The translations under genes were made by a program, and so were the position numbers. A stretch of DNA of 64,000 bases, taken from NCBI GenBank assembly GCA_965112155.1, contig OZ218101.1; one strand, given 5' to 3'. Shown here one piece after another: positions 1-14,263 of the stretch (positions within the stretch are counted from its first letter, which is position 1; every line of letters begins with the position of its first letter). This stretch comes from Podarcis liolepis. Its lineage: Eukaryota. The notes beneath the pieces were generated by a model, which did not search any database, was not told where the DNA came from, and saw only the letters and a list, made by a program, of their open reading frames with translations.

Positions 1-3000
1 CTTCTACAGTAATACTGTCAACCAACAAATTATTTCTGTGGCTTCCACAGGTATAGGTCCTGTCTGCAGCCCAGTGTGCACATAATCATGTTTTTACATT
101 ACAAGAAATATAGTTGAAATGTGCAGGTTCCACGGTATGACAATAATGCTTGTTGGTTGACATCCCTCACTGCTGAGTTAGCAGAAAAAGAGAACATAGG
201 ACTGTCAACAGCATATTGAGGTAGTAGCTACAAAAATAGCAATTAATCTACTGACTAATTCAATACCCGGTGGTGTAGGAGTAGAACCTACTTCATCTAC
301 ATCCATGGCCTCATGGGAACCACTTTTTATGCATTGATCCCATATGGCATGGGGTTGCACTGGAATGGTACAACCATGTGGACCTGACAGATTGCATGGG
401 GCTTCTCCTCCTCTTGGGGTGGAAATGCATGGGGAAGTTCCAGAGATCTGCATCATTTATATGCAGTCCTCAACCACATTGGGTTTGCAGAGTTATGGCT
501 GCAGCTGCATCTCTGCTCCAATAAAACCAGTGGGACTTATTTCCCAACAAACCTAGGCAGAAATGGAGTACACAGCTGCAATTCTGATTATACTTGCAAT
601 GTCACCATTTAGCATTATGAAACGACTTCTGAGTAAGCATGCCCGTGACCAAGCTGCAAACGTCCAGCATTTGAGAGAACTTGGATCAGTCTTCTGGATG
701 AGAAATTCCTAAATAAATTGGTGATTCCATTCACAAACCTGCTGATCGACCATTTCTAATGGGAGCTCATGTGATCACACTGGAACCCAGATTGGTTTCT
801 TTGTAGCATTTTTGTGAAGAACAATGGTATGCTGCAGATAAAACATAATGGTCTGTAGTATTTGAAGATGCCTCACATGGATCTGTCTTGTCACAATTGG
901 ATGAAGAAATATGGGTGACATTATTTTTTGGAGGAAATTTAGTGCTGTATTGAAGCAGACCATAATCATTCATGTTGTCTGAGAAGGATTTGATTTTGTG
1001 ATTAAGTGATTTTGAGGTTTGCTTGTTACAGTTCAGTATTATTTAGTGGTATGTTATGCATGATAAACACTGGATGCCAAAATGAGTGACTTCTTCAGTA
1101 GGAAGGTCCGGTAGTACAACAAAGTCAACAATTGTAGTCTAGATTTATAGAATATTGACTGCAGTCTTTTACACCACAATAAACTCTCCTGAAACCACCT
1201 TGAGTCTTCTTTCCTGATGTTTGATCAATCTCTGGCTTCTTCTGTTAAAATATGTCAAAAGGGGGAGACCTCTCTACCTGAGCTCAGTCCCTGAAGACCT
1301 ACTGGCAGAGTTAAAATTATAAATAGGTGGTGTAGGGCTGCATGGAAGACCCTAAATTCTGCATTTAAAAAGTGTAAATCAGTTTTCAGACTCTTGTCTT
1401 TTAACATTTCTTTTTTAAAAAAAAAAATATTTTTTTCCAAGAGAGTCCAATTTCATCATGAGTCAAAAGCAACAACAAAAAAAAGTAATTCTCAAGGCTC
1501 AGTTGAGAGTTTGTACTAGAGAAAAAACACACCACAATCCTTTCAAAGGATTAGCCACTATTAATATACTATGGCCAGCATCCCAGGCAATTTACTCTTA
1601 AATTGTCTCAAATGGGATTACTTGTGACAGGCTAGCATCAAGATTGTGGATGACCAACACCATTCCTCAAACCTTTTGATGAAACTACTTTACTGTCCAT
1701 TTAAAAAAAATTAAAAAATGATGCAAATCTGGTAGAACTCATTTTAAATGGGTTTTAAGAAAGCTCTAGTGCATGTTTTGATGGGGAAAAAGGGAATGCA
1801 CACGTTTAAAAGTTTTAAAATAAATCTATATAGGTATAACGAGTATACTTGCGACAATGAATTAAAATCTATATTAAGATTATACACAAATATCAAACTG
1901 AAAACTTATTTAGCATCCAGAATCCTGCAGACAGAACACCGATATAATTTGCTGAAAGGTGAAATATGGAGAAATAAAACGTTTCTTATTCTACATTTGC
2001 AATAAATGCATTTCTTCCCCCTACAGAAGGAAAACTACCTGAACTTTCTATGGAGTCCTGACAGGATTTGCTTTTCACTTTTGTTGAGGGAGGGGGGGAG
2101 GCGATGGCTATTCTTTGTGAAATATTCCCACACATCCCTAATTTTATTTCTCAAAGCAATGCCACAAAGGATATGACCTCTTTACTCTTAGTAACCTTTC
2201 ATGCCCCTGAATGGACTTGGACATTGGTGCCAGTCAACACAGCTTGATTTGCTATGGTAAGAATAAGATTATATCTAACAGCCTATGTCATTTCCAGGTT
2301 CAATAGGCACAGATTTAAACCTAGTCCTCCCTTTGACCCTTTGGATTCTCTTGAACTATTGCACCTTCTTTGACAATATTTGTGAATGAATGAATTCATG
2401 ACGATTCAAGGTTATTTTAATGATAATAGCCCTCCCTGACAAAGGGAAAAGGAAAAGGCTAGTAGTTACTGGCACTAGTGCTTCTTCACCACAGCCGACT
2501 TCCTTTTTGACAGATTGACTGTGGAGTGAATTCCTGTTTATGGTCAAAGGCTGAAAGCTGTTGTGTGTCTGCGGCAGCACTGCTGCTACTGATCTGTGAA
2601 CATGACATGCCTGATAATATTGCGTTGCCATGGGAACAACAAACATAGGGCAAAATTCTATTAGCTAGAGTGACTCAGTGAGTCAAACAGATAATGTGAT
2701 GGGCCTGGCCAGATTCACCAACAAAGGCTGATGTGAAAGTTGTGATGAATTAACTTTGGGCTTGTTGGTTCGTCTTTCTTCTTTTTTCTTTTTTTAAAAA
2801 AATACAAATTCTGCTTATTAAGTCCTCATATTTCCCATGTTTATTCAGTAGTTCTATTTCCGTAAAATGCTTATATACCAATTAGATAGCTCAATAAACC
2901 CACACACACAGAGACATATTTTGCTTTAAAAACAAAAACGTATGTTCATTCATTTTTATTTTCAGCCAGGGCAGGTCATAAGCATGGAACCGTTAGGTTT

Positions 3001-3525
3001 AAGCTTTTACTTCAGCTACACGTTCAAGGGAGTAAGTCCCATTGTGTGTGGTATACTTCTGAGTAAATCCACAAAGGGTTGCACTGAAATGGGTGCTACC
3101 TGTTTCTAACTGGAATTTCAGTTTTCTTTCTTTTTTGTATGTTTATTTAGACACCTTAACTGTGGGACTTTTAGGTAAGTAAATATTAGAGTTATCGGTA
3201 AAACACAACTAAAACCCATCAGGGTTTTTTATTTTTAAAAATACAAGTATACATGAGATACTTATCAATAAAACACTTTCAAAATCAGTAAAACAATAAT
3301 AGAGACCTAGATTATATGCTTGGGTAAACTTGCGGAAATAAAAATGTTTTCAGGTAGGCTGTGACAAAATGAAGAATGTATATTGAGCATGGTTCCAGCC
3401 TCTGATATTTTCTTATTTCTCTTTCTCTTTCTGAACTACATTTCCATACATTCAAACCCAATGTTGGGTCTGACATTTACACCTGTGCTTCTTCTTTGAA
3501 ATGTGATTTCCAACCTGCTTCGAAT

Positions 3526-3873
3526 CGTCTTCTTTGGCGATCACTTGTAGCTGAGTAAGATTGTATTCCACAAACACGGTTTTAACAGTGAGTCCGTAAG
3601 TGACTGTGGAGGCCAATTCGGGACCCACACGTCCTTCCACAGTGGGGACATAGGTTTCCAGCCAGGAATTGATTGTGATGAGAGTTTGCCAAGTGTGCCT
3701 TCCTCTTAGTGCGTTTCTCTCTTTCGTCCTGAGTACGAGCGTCTTCAAAGCCCATGACACCTTTGGTAAAGGCTGTTCTCCAATTGGAGCACCCGTAGGC
3801 AAGTGTTTCCCAATTGTCGGTGTTTATACTACATTTTAAAAAAATTGCCTTCAGATTTTAAATTTGCCTTGAG
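3526..3873 (-). mobile_element. 5'-truncated RTE-clade LINE, 3' end
   Basis: Minus-strand frame (not in the ORF track) reads LKAIFLKCSINTDNWETLAYGCSNWRTAFTKGVMGFEDARTQDEREKRTKRKAHLANSHHNQFLAGNLCPHCGRTCGSRIGLHSHLRTHC*, the C2H2-finger C-terminus typical of RTE ORFs. Flanked by a 13-bp TSD ACCTGCTTC(G/C)AAT at 3513-3525 and 3874-3886. Confidence 0.85.
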
Positions 3874-4822
3874 ACCTGCTTCCAATAAAGCTCTATCCAA
3901 CACCCATGAGGCTATATCATTCAGGTATTTGAGACTCATGTGGGTACCAAATGCAGAAAGGGACAATCTACAGTGGGGGGTTAGCCTCCATGCTCTAGCT
4001 GGGCATCTAAGGGGCAGGGAGAGCTTTCATGTTCTAGAGAGCCCCTTCACACATTCAGTACCCATGAGTAACATACACCTTAATAGGTCCATGGAATAAT
4101 CTAAAAAAGAAAAAGCCTGTAGAGCATGATCTATGAAGTGTGTATACTATTTGAAAATTTCTTACCACAGGCCTACCCTCAACTGTATGCAGTATGTGAG
4201 GCCAGGGTTATATTATCAGAGGTTTAGCTATGCAGACTGAAGTGATCTATGGATTCCATCAAAGGGAGAACCAAAGGGCTTTTTTTTGCAGCCCCTCTAT
4301 GGAAGCCATCAAATGGACCCCGAGTGCCTTTAAAAAGGGGGAGATCCTTGTCATTGCGAAGACATTTCCCATGTGCGGATAATCCCTCCAAAACAATTTT
4401 AATATCCGATTTGTCGGATTTCTCGAGAGTTACATAAAGTTTTTATAAAGTTGACAAAAACTATTGATTCAGCTCCGATGCTTTTCTCACGATCCAATGC
4501 GCGAAGCACTTTTCTTTCTGTCTTTTTAAACTTTATGAAAATGTTAGAGATAGGAATTTTTTTTAAAAAAAGTAAATAAATAAATAAAATACAAATAGAA
4601 TTTAGTATGGGAGGCAATTTTAAATATTTGATGATATAATTAAGTCCTGATAATGGCCTTTTATTTTCAGATTAAAAATGCATGAGGGTTTTTATCCTCT
4701 TCATCTTTATTAGACACTGTTTTCATTGTAATTATTTGTTACATATTTTCATAAACATCTCGTGTTAGCAGTGTGAAGCAGCAAAAATCCAATTAATTGT
4801 GATGGCTGGAGCATATGGCTCC

Positions 4823-4823
<1 letters not shown>

Positions 4824-4861
<38 letters not shown>
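4824..4861. repeat. (AC)n microsatellite
   Basis: Direct dinucleotide run. Confidence 0.95.
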
Positions 4862-4863
<2 letters not shown>

Positions 4864-5345
4864 AAACGTACAGAAGGTATGACAAAAGGAGGAAGGAAGC
4901 TCACCATCTTCTCTTATCCTTCCACCCTAACTGGTCTTCCTCCAATTCTACTAAACACCTTCATATATGTTTAAGCTTGGTTGAGGGAGCAATACCATTC
5001 CTCAACACCCAATGGCCACCATTTCCGATTTGAGAGGAAGGCATTTTCTCTCCCCCTCTATGGCGAGGGTCATTCTTTTAACTTAAGGAAGTTCATGGAA
5101 GTCCCTTCATCTCCCCTGCCTCCTGAGAAAGCCTCCCCAGGGATAGGGATTCCTCCTGGACAATGTAGGATATGGTGTAGAGATTGGCTGTGTGGAGAAA
5201 CAGACAGAAAACGTCACTTCCCTGAGCTCCCTTAGATTGACATCTTAAGATCCAAGCTGGATCTTCTCTTTTCCAGGAGACCTCACACAGATCTTGTTCA
5301 ACTCTATTCAGGAGGGCTCCTTGAAGCTTTTCAGGGCGGCAGGTA

Positions 5346-5667
5346 CAGGGCCGGATTTAGGTTTGATGAGGCCCTTAGCTGCTGAAGGTAATGGGGCCCT
5401 TTGTATGTCCAGCTGTCCTTTGTCAACAACAAATTGCCGCTGTCTTTTGTGTTGAATGTATGCTACATGGTAATTTATGGACCTAATAGGTATCTAAAAG
5501 CCATTTGCCACTGTTGCTGTATGTAGGTTTTATTTTGTTTTTTGTTTTTTATCTTATTTTGGAAATGTACATCCAGGTTTTCTTTTCCCTTAAAATTTTT
5601 TGGGGGCCCCCAAGAGAGTGGGGCCCTAAGCTATAGCTTGTTTAGCTTATACATAAATCTGGCACTG
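5346..5667. mobile_element. Non-autonomous hAT-type DNA transposon (MITE)
   Basis: TIRs CAGGGCCGGATTTA / TAAATCTGGCACTG; 8-bp TSD GGCAGGTA / GGGAGGTA (7/8). Confidence 0.8.
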
Positions 5668-5829
5668 GGGAGGTAGCTGGAGGAGGAAGAGAACATGAGA
5701 AAGTTCCTTCCAAAAACTATGTTATCTTAAAGAAAGGAATGCCGTTCCTCAGTGATCAAGCCTCTGTTTTGAATGCCCGGCTTCAATCTACAGCATCACC
5801 AGGAAAGGCTTGGAAAATCCACACCCTAA

Positions 5830-6234
5830 AGCATTCTGGGAAATGATATAAATGAGTTGGGGGGAAATGTTCAAAACAACGTTTGTGGGAAAAACAGAGA
5901 CTTTTTTACTAGGAATTTTAAATGCAGAGATACCAAAGGAGCAGAGACAATTATTTATGTATGCGACGACAGCAGCGCGGATGCTACTGGCCCAGAGAAA
6001 CCAGGAAGAGAATAACTTTAAGAAGGAATGGGAAAAATTAACATTGTACTTGAGAGAACACTGTAAACAAGTAAAAACTTTGGCAGGATTCAGGTAACGT
6101 TTGTAATGTACCGAAAGCTAAGGTAAAATTGGATTATATAAGAAAAATAGAGAAAATAAGTGAAGCAGTGGAAAGAGATTAAAAATGGTAACCATGAAAA
6201 GGTGGAGGGGAGTTAAAGGATTCAGGGAATCCTA

Positions 6235-6265
<31 letters not shown>

Positions 6266-6330
6266 TTTATCGTTTGAACCTAAATTTGCAATGTAAAACA
6301 CAATAAAAAATATTTTTTTAAAAAAAAAAA
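5830..6330 (+). mobile_element. L1-clade LINE 3' fragment (ORF2 C-terminus, 3' UTR, A tail)
   Basis: ORF 5852-6097 ...TFLLGILNAEIPKEQRQLFMYATTAARMLLAQ...KKEWEKL... resembles squamate L1 ORF2 end; AATAAA and A-run near 6302-6330; internal (GAT)n at ~6236-6264. Confidence 0.8.
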
Positions 6331-6628
6331 TGGAAAGTCCACTCCATCTGAAACCCTGGAGAGCTGCTGTCAACCAGTGTAAACAATCGAGTTGGATGGA
6401 CCAGTGGCCTGACACAGTTTTTTCTCTTGCCAGCTGAGTAATCCAGACCAATGGCTAGATTGCAATCTTGACTTAAGTGGGATTTGCTCCTCCAAAAGTG
6501 CATTTAGGATTGTAGCTTTGATAGTTTTAATTATAACATACCATATATAAAAATATATATTTATTAGTATAATTTGAGAGGGTGGGAGATAATTGGTGAG
6601 ACACAGTGTTCTGCAAAGTCCAAATGAT

Positions 6629-6637
6629 TCTCTCTCT

Positions 6638-6671
<34 letters not shown>
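6629..6671. repeat. Compound (TC)n(AC)n microsatellite
   Basis: Direct. Confidence 0.9.
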
Positions 6672-6672
<1 letters not shown>

Positions 6673-8090
6673 TACAATCAAGAAAGGTATGTGTTGATTT
6701 GAACCTCAAAAAGTGTTCTCATGTTGAAAAGTACAGTGCAGCTAGGCTATCATCACAGAGTCCTGAGAATTCAAAAGTTTCCCCAAATTTATTACCTCAC
6801 TTAATTTGCTGCTTTTACAAAGGGAGACAAATTGGTGTGTTTCACTGCCGGTGCATCCCTGAACTCATCATTATGCATCGTCTTGGATAATGTACAGTAT
6901 TTCATATTCCAGGGACAGGATATATCATTGTTCTTTTGATGTTATATCATATTGGATGTATGTAGGGAATGATGATTTCAACTGTGAAATGTAAATTTGG
7001 CTTATGGTGTTCTTGCTGCCTATGTGAATGTTAAATATACATTATATAAATGTCATATAAAATTCACAATTGCTCATAACAAATGATTGGCTTAGTGGGA
7101 GAGTGAATACCAGAAACTTCTCGCACTATTTATGAAAAGAAAAAGCCTAAAAGGAGAGAGTGGAAAATAAATAATGCATAAAGAAATGCAATAAATATGA
7201 ATAAAGAATTAAAAACAAACCAAAGGTTTTTTTGTACGATGCACAAATCTTTGTAGATCGGAATCACTCCAAAATAAGAAAACAAAACCTACCTCTGTCA
7301 GCAACTTGGTTGTTTGCTTATTGCTGAAGGACACAGTAGAGACAAATCCAGGTCTGTTGACTTATTTAGGTGCAAGATGTCATATGGAAAATATTTTGTG
7401 AAATTCTTTTGCTTGTGTGTGTATCTCAGTGGCCAAGTGTGCATTTCGTGTGGAGAAGATCTGAGATTTAGTTGCAGTTGCCCTGATCCCTTCTCATGCA
7501 CCCAAAGGCCAGACAACTAAGAGTTTCTGGGTTGTGTGTGTGTGGGAGAGAAAGAGGTTTTCATTGAAATATTTACAGATGGTCTTTTGTCCATACGGAC
7601 TTCAAAAGGTTTACAAAGCACACATGAAAGCAATTGTAAGCAGCAAAACATATATAAACCACAAAACCATTGAGAAATAAAAGCCCAGTAGCAAAAAACC
7701 AGCTATCAACCACTGTAACTAAAAACCATCAAATGCTGAGGAGAACAGAGATGTTTCTGCCACCTGTGCAAAGCGAAGCAACGAAAGGACAAATGGAATT
7801 TCACTCTGTAATTGGTTTGTCACAGGTTTCCACCAACCTATCCACCTCTGGTGCTAGGACATAAAACAGGGCCTTCGAAGAAGATATTTATCATTCAGGT
7901 GTATATGACTTATCCTGGTCCCAATCCATTGAGAGATGCATAGGGAAGTACCACAACCTTGAACTGAGTTCTTACATGTTCTACAAAACAAACGCTAGAA
8001 AGCAATCTGGTCACGACATTCTGCACCAGCTGCAAATTCCGAACAGATCAGTCCCATGTAGAACATGCTGAAACCAGAGTTGACTAAGGG

Positions 8091-8330
8091 CTAGGTTGGT
8101 GTAGTGGTTAAGAGTGGTAGACTCATAATCTGGGGAACCAGGTTCGCGTCTCCACCCCTCCGCATGCAGCTGCTGGGTGACCTTGGGCTAGTCACACTTC
8201 TTTGAAGTCTCTCAGCCCCACTCACCTCACAGACTGTTTGTTGTGGGGGAGGAAGGGAAAGGAGAATGTTAGCCGCTTTGAGACTCCTTCGAGTAGTGAT
8301 AAAGCGGGATATCAAATCCAAACTCTTCTT
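8091..8330 (+). mobile_element. MIR/Ther1-derived SINE (Squam3-type)
   Basis: tRNA-like head with A box (GGTGTAGTGG) and B-box-like GGTTCGCGTCT, CORE-like GCTGGGTGACCTTGGGCTAGTCAC, CTT tail; closely similar to copies at 21274 and 62561. Confidence 0.85.
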
Positions 8331-8413
8331 GTCAGATTCATCTTCTCCAGGATAGTACTCAACTGTTGCACCAGCTGAAACACTTGAGCATCCTGGAGCA
8401 ATGTTGGACCCAG

Positions 8414-8926
8414 TGTCAGGGACTGTGCAGAGGAGGAATGGTGGAGACCGCCTCCCCATCCTGACCCTTCCAGGCAGGAGGAAGATGAAGACAGTATAGA
8501 TTTACAACAGAGGTTTGAGGGATGTTGCAGCTCAGAGGCAGATGAGGGGGAAAGTTCAGAAATTATGGGAGAGCCAGAACCACTCCTGGCCGACTCGTTG
8601 GCATTAGAAAGCTTTCCAGACCCTCCATCTCCCAGAACCCGGAGAGCCTTAAAAGTAGGAGAGCAAAGAGCTCAGAGGGTACGTAGCAGCACGTGTAGAG
8701 GATGATGATGACAAATGAGGAAGTGGGCGAGATGGGGTGGGGTGGAGATTCACTTGGGACAACGCCATTATCCAAAAGGCTGGGTTCTATAGCCTCTCTC
8801 TGTAAAGATTGAAATAAAGAAAAACTGTAAGAAACGTTGCCTTGTCTTTATACTTTCCTAGGCAACCAGCTTGGATCTGCTGCCTCTGGCTTGGAGAAGC
8901 ACCTCTGGTCCTTTCGAAGGAGTACA
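8414..8926 (+). mobile_element. Probable solo LTR
   Basis: Starts TGTCAGGG, purine-rich U3-like body, AATAAA at 8813-8818, ends near CA at 8926; no clear TSD, ends approximate. Confidence 0.5.
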
Positions 8927-9172
8927 ACCCCATCTGGGGCAGGCTGTGCTCACAAACAGAACCTCTTGCTCTTCAAGATGGAACCTCACATTTTTAGTCC
9001 TCGCCTGATCCATTACTGTGTCTAGGCAACTGTTCAGGACCTCTATGTCCCCTTGGAATCAGCTGAAAAGGAGAGATACAACTTGATATCATTGAGATAG
9101 TGACGGATCCAAACCCAAACCCTCCATTAGGCAGAGAGAGAAGTGGCCACTTCAGGGAGCAGATCCCAAGAG

Positions 9173-9586
9173 TAGGGATGGGTGAATCTATATCTCTAGA
9201 TCTCTCATTTTTTGCACTCATCCGTTATCCACATTTCCACATCAGGTTGAGATTTTTAAGAAAGAAATATTCACCAGCATTTTAGTATGGACGTCTCCTC
9301 ATACACAAGTGTTTGTATGCCTTCTTGACTAATAAACACATTGCTGCAAAGGGGTTCTGCCTAAAATAATGGAATTTTGTATGTTGTTTTCACCAATATA
9401 TGCATTTTAATGGACACTGTTCCAGGTTATGCATATTTGTTCACCTTACTTGGCTGGAGAAGTGCACTGCAAAATTCAGAGATTTAGTGGGAGGCTATGG
9501 TTTGGTTCTCATATTATTTTGGGATGCGCAGGGTAAACAGGTTTGCCTTTAAACATGAACCAAATCAAAATTCTCCCCTACCCCTA
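9173..9586. mobile_element. Degenerate non-autonomous DNA transposon (hAT-like); related copy at ~12130-12567
   Basis: Termini TAGGGATGGG / CCTACCCCTA; AT-rich internal ATGCATTTT motifs shared with 12130-12567. Confidence 0.45.
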
Positions 9587-9726
9587 ACTAAGAGGCATGG
9601 TGCCAGTAGAGCTGTGTGTATCACACAATTTCCCTGCACCCTCTAAGTTAGTCTGCTGCCCTCAGGTGCAGTGGAGGTTGGCATCCCATCGCCACATTGC
9701 AGTAAGATTCAGGTGTCAGTTAAGAT

Positions 9727-9862
9727 CAGGCATCCCCAAACTTGGCCCTCCAGCTGTTTTGGGACTACAATTCCCATCATCCCTGACCACTGGTCCTGTT
9801 AGCTAGGGATGATGGGAGTTGTAGTCCCAAAACAGCTGGAGGGCCGAGTCTGGGGGTGCCTG
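9727..9862. mobile_element. Palindromic hAT (Charlie-like) MITE
   Basis: Near-perfect inverted repeat CAGGCATCCCCAAAC...GGACTACAATTCCCATCATCCCT / AGGGATGATGGGAGTTGTAGTCC...GGGGGTGCCTG; 8-bp TSD GTTAAGAT/GTTTAGAT. Older relatives at ~38585-38727, 46600-46700, 48500-48620, 55480-55623. Confidence 0.85.
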
Positions 9863-12800
9863 GTTTAGATAGTTTTTGTATGTGGAATGTGTGGGGAGGG
9901 ATTTCGCCTCAGGCAGCAAAATGCCTTCATTCGGCCCTGATCCTCTTTGAATTTGTCTAGTCCTCGTTACATTACATCTTATGGCAGCAAATGTCATCGT
10001 TTAACTAGGCACTGTGCTACATTTTATTGTCTTAAGTCTTCACACATTCAGCTTTGCTCAATTTAACCAAGTTCTAGTACGATGAGAGAGAGAGAAACTT
10101 CTCTCTAAACCACCATGCATAATTTTATAAGCCTCCTTTGTGGCTGTTGATTGGTATTTGCTGCTTTACTGTGCTTATTTGTTGTTTTGATAGGTTATTT
10201 TAACAATTATTTCAACTATGTATTATTAATAGGAAGTTAAAGTGTAGAATATTAAAATAACTACATTAAATTAAAAGGAGTCACCCAGCAAAATGGGGGG
10301 GAAATGTGTGTATTTTTAAATGGCTGATTGTTTGACTTTACATAGTGATGCATATCTCTGCATTACTGTGAACCGTTCGCTTTGTAGTACAGTATAATAA
10401 TAAACAAATAAAAGAAATCAATGGAGCCTTTATAAAGCGCAATTGAAAATCTTTGCAAAAAAAGCTTTTGCAGGAACTGTTCCATATGGGGAGTACGTGG
10501 GGGGAAGTGTTATTGGCCATTGCTATTTTTAGTTCGCAATGTTTATCATTTCTATAGCCTGCATTGTCAATAAACAGATTCCTGCTTCTCTCTTTCAGCT
10601 CTTGGCTTTGTAGCAAGTGAACCAGTAAATATACCACAAACTTGCAGTGTGCCCTGCAGCAGTGCTAATATTTGCTGCTGTGAACTTTGGGAAATTATTC
10701 CATTCAGGGCTGAAGTGTGGACCATTCCTCAGTGCTTCTGCAGCCCTTCCTCCAAGTGAACTCAAAATAGATGCCCTCCTAGGTTTCAATTCTCTGCTGG
10801 AGTTCACCCAAACTGGTCCTCCCTCCATGTTCCTTTTCATGGAAAGAGCTGCGCACAATTCTTGAAATTCTACACCTTCCTCGCGGACAGATCAGTTGGA
10901 GGAACCATTTCACCAGATTTCTCCAGGAGGTAGAGAAATCCTCCAAGACTGTCTCCAACATTCTGGTTTTGGTAGCACCAGGGCTCTAGCACTAGCAGAT
11001 AGGTGAGATTTAATGTTGTGCAACAGAGGAATCCATCAGAATGAGCTCACTTGTAAGTGACTTTAACTTAGCACTACATCAGACACAACACTTTGCGACT
11101 GAACCCAGGGCTAAAGAGATTTAGACACATGTGTTTGTTTGAAACGGGGTCATTTGCATGGGAAACGAGAGGTGTCAGAAGCCAAAAGATCTTGGTTTTA
11201 AAAGGTACTCATATGGTGTTTGTTTTTTGTAATTTGGTTTAAGGGTTTAATACTGTGTTGTAAGTTGATTTATCTCATGTTTGTGAGTAAATTGACCAAT
11301 AAATATAAATAGTAACAATTAATAACAACCATAACAAAAACCACAACATCATAATAAAATATTGCAGCAAAATACACCAAATTAAAAAATACAATAAAAA
11401 TTCATTAAAATATTGTAAATTTGTAAAATCCAGCATCAAATGACAAAGAATGCATAAAATTAATTCTCTAAAAACGCTTGACTGAACAAAAACGTTTCCA
11501 GCCTCCCTTTTTTAATGTGCATCGGCTTGAAATTCCTCTGTGATAAAGTGAAATCTTATTTTTTTTTCCCTTGCAGATATCAGCTTAAAGGGTTTTAGAT
11601 TCCATTAAATGTAATATACGAGAGAAAGTACACATATGCCTTAAAAGTTTCATTGTTTCTTTTGCTGAGGTGCCACTGATTATACCTCCAGAAAGCCCAT
11701 TTTAAGGTATAGCAGCTGAAGATCATTCCAGGGAATAATGTACACTTTCATACTGTATGTATAATTTTACTTACTTTTGCGTAAAGTGCAGGATGGGTGT
11801 TTGAGAGGCCACTTTGACGTTATAAACACCTATTAGCTGAAAAAGCATCACTGGGACATATATAAATAGTATATCCCCCCCTTCCCCCCCCACACCACAT
11901 ATTGAGACAGATATTCTAAAAAGATTTGTGACAAAGCAAACCTTTGATTTTGAAAATGTACATAGATTGATTCTTTTAACACTGGGTGGTAACTGTTGCC
12001 AATGGATAATGCAGAAAACCCAGAAATTATTGGGAAGTGATTTGGTTCATTTTGAATACAGCTTTGAGCTCCAGCCTCCTTCAGTGGAAGTGGCAAGATC
12101 CTGAGGTGAGAGAGAAGACCACTCCACTCCTAGGAATGGATGAACATGGCAATTTCAGCTTCCCTCACTCCCTCACTTGTCCTGTAATAAGGTCATTTCT
12201 CCACATTTCTGCATCAGTTTGTGATTTATTTATTTTTAAAAGTCCTCATGAACATTCACCAGCATTATATTGCAAACATCTCCCATTATACACATTTTCC
12301 TATGCAGTTTTGCCTAATGCATAAATTTTCACAAGCCATTTCCCCTAATATAATGCATTTTTGTATGTTTTCGGCACTGAGATATGCATTTTTACATACA
12401 CTTCTGCCTAATATATGTTATTTGATTGCTCCACAACATTCAGAAAAGTGCAAAATTGAAAGAACAGCTACATTTTTTGTTCAAGTAATTTGCTTCTGTA
12501 AGTGCAAATCAGGTGAGTTTGCATGAAAATGTGAAAATCGAACCAAATTCTCTCTCCCCCCCCCCCACTTGCTACACACTTCAGGTGGAAAATACAGGAA
12601 TGGGGGGAGGAAGGAAGCACATCAGGAAGAATGAGTTTTACCCAGCTCTTTCTGAGCTGTGCTGTTTTTCTCCTTGCAAATTTCTTTTTTAAGAGACAGG
12701 ACTATATCCATATAAAAATCCCCCATCTGTATTCTGAAGCATTGCGGTTCATTTTACCATCTTCGAACTCTACCGTCTCGTTCTGTTGCACGTGTAGGTC

Positions 12801-14263
12801 CAATCAAGTCATCATAGTCAAATATATGCTGGAGAGCTCTGATGCAAGCTACTATATAAAGGTGTAATCAGATGTGCATAATTAGTGTGTCATCAGCTAT
12901 ATGAAACCGTAGAGCAAGGAGAAGTTACACTTAGGGTCCTATGTGTGAGATATTGTAATAATGAATAGAAAGCTTCTCATTCTGGGCGACACCTTGTCTT
13001 AGCATCTATTGTGAGAGTTGTTGCAAGCAGAATCCCTGATCCTTGTGCAGAATAGAAATGAATATGCTTTCCCCCACGAGAAACAGTTCTGAAAGGTTTT
13101 GCTACAAACTGCCTTAAACCAGTTACAAAAGAAATGTTCCAAATACAAAGTAGCACATTGCTCTTAACAAAGTAGCAATGCAGTCTAGTCTTCTTTACTT
13201 CCTTAATGCAGCCAAAGAACAAGCTACTCTCTGATCCCAGAGAGAGAGCCTAGCCAAGCAACTTGCTTATAGAACAATGCTGAGCTGAATCACTGGCATC
13301 ATCTCCTGCTGAGATCACTACTTGGGTTTCCAGGGATGGATCATAATTTAGTTTAAACGCTCAAATGGAAACCTGCACCCTCTCCTGCTGCATCAGCTAC
13401 AGTTAAACTTCTTTTGTCTAATGCAAACCTATCTTTACAAAATGCAAACCTCTGCATAAGTTTTCAAATACAATGCATACAAACATGCACATTAAACTCA
13501 CATCATTAACATCTATTTGGATCTGTTGTTTTCTGTACTCCTGAGTCCCTGGGGCATTTGTCTATTTCTCACCTGCAATTCTGCAGCCTCCTCATCTGGA
13601 GCCATGTTACAGGAAGATCAGGGCTTGCTCTACTATTAAGCAGAGTGGTGTGGCTGCCTCAGGCGGTAGACATTGGGAGGCATTGGTGAAAGTCACCTGG
13701 CCATTCCTCTCTTGTGGGGGCAGAGCTACCTGTGCCACATAATCTGCTCTGCAAAACCCTAAATCAGGAGTGAGGAAGCTCCATCCCACAAACCTAATTA
13801 GGCCTGCCAGGCCTTCCAATTTGGCCCACAAGGCTATTTTGGCCAAGCCATGCCCCCAGCCATACCTGGGTCAAGTAAATACCTGGCTTAGCCAAAAGGG
13901 GCTTGCAGAGCACCCACAAAGCCCTGTGCCAAAGACTTCACAAGGCCCTATAATCATCTGATAGATTATTGTTCAGCAGCTTGCAACTGGGCTTCACAAG
14001 ACCTGAGAATTGGCATCTTGCAGGATGCTTTGAAAGACCTTTTGTAGGGAACAAAAAAAAGGGGGTCACCTGGCACCATTTCGGCATCAGGTGATTGACA
14101 GGTGACTAGCCCATTTGTCAAACTTGGCCTGCCAGAAATGGGAGGAATAACCACCTGCCCTGCTGGTATCACTCAGTTCTCGACCCCTCTCCTAAACTAA
14201 CCTGCTGCCCTCAGGTGCAGAGGATGCTATTCCATCACCAGTATTGAAGTAAGAATAGGGAAA

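Noticed and set aside
217-227. TGAGGTAGTAG matches the first 11 nt of let-7
   Set aside because: Remainder diverges from let-7 and no precursor hairpin is evident
205-456. Minus ORF with protein-like segment PHGCTIPVQPHAIWDQCIKSGSHEAMDVDE
   Set aside because: No recognisable family and a weak splice acceptor; cannot be supported as an exon
3452-3802. 116-aa minus ORF in the ORF track
   Set aside because: Alternative frame of the RTE fragment; the real frame is the zinc-finger one
8684-8694. TAGCAGCACGT matches the 5' end of miR-16
   Set aside because: Only 11 nt, inside a probable LTR, no precursor hairpin seen
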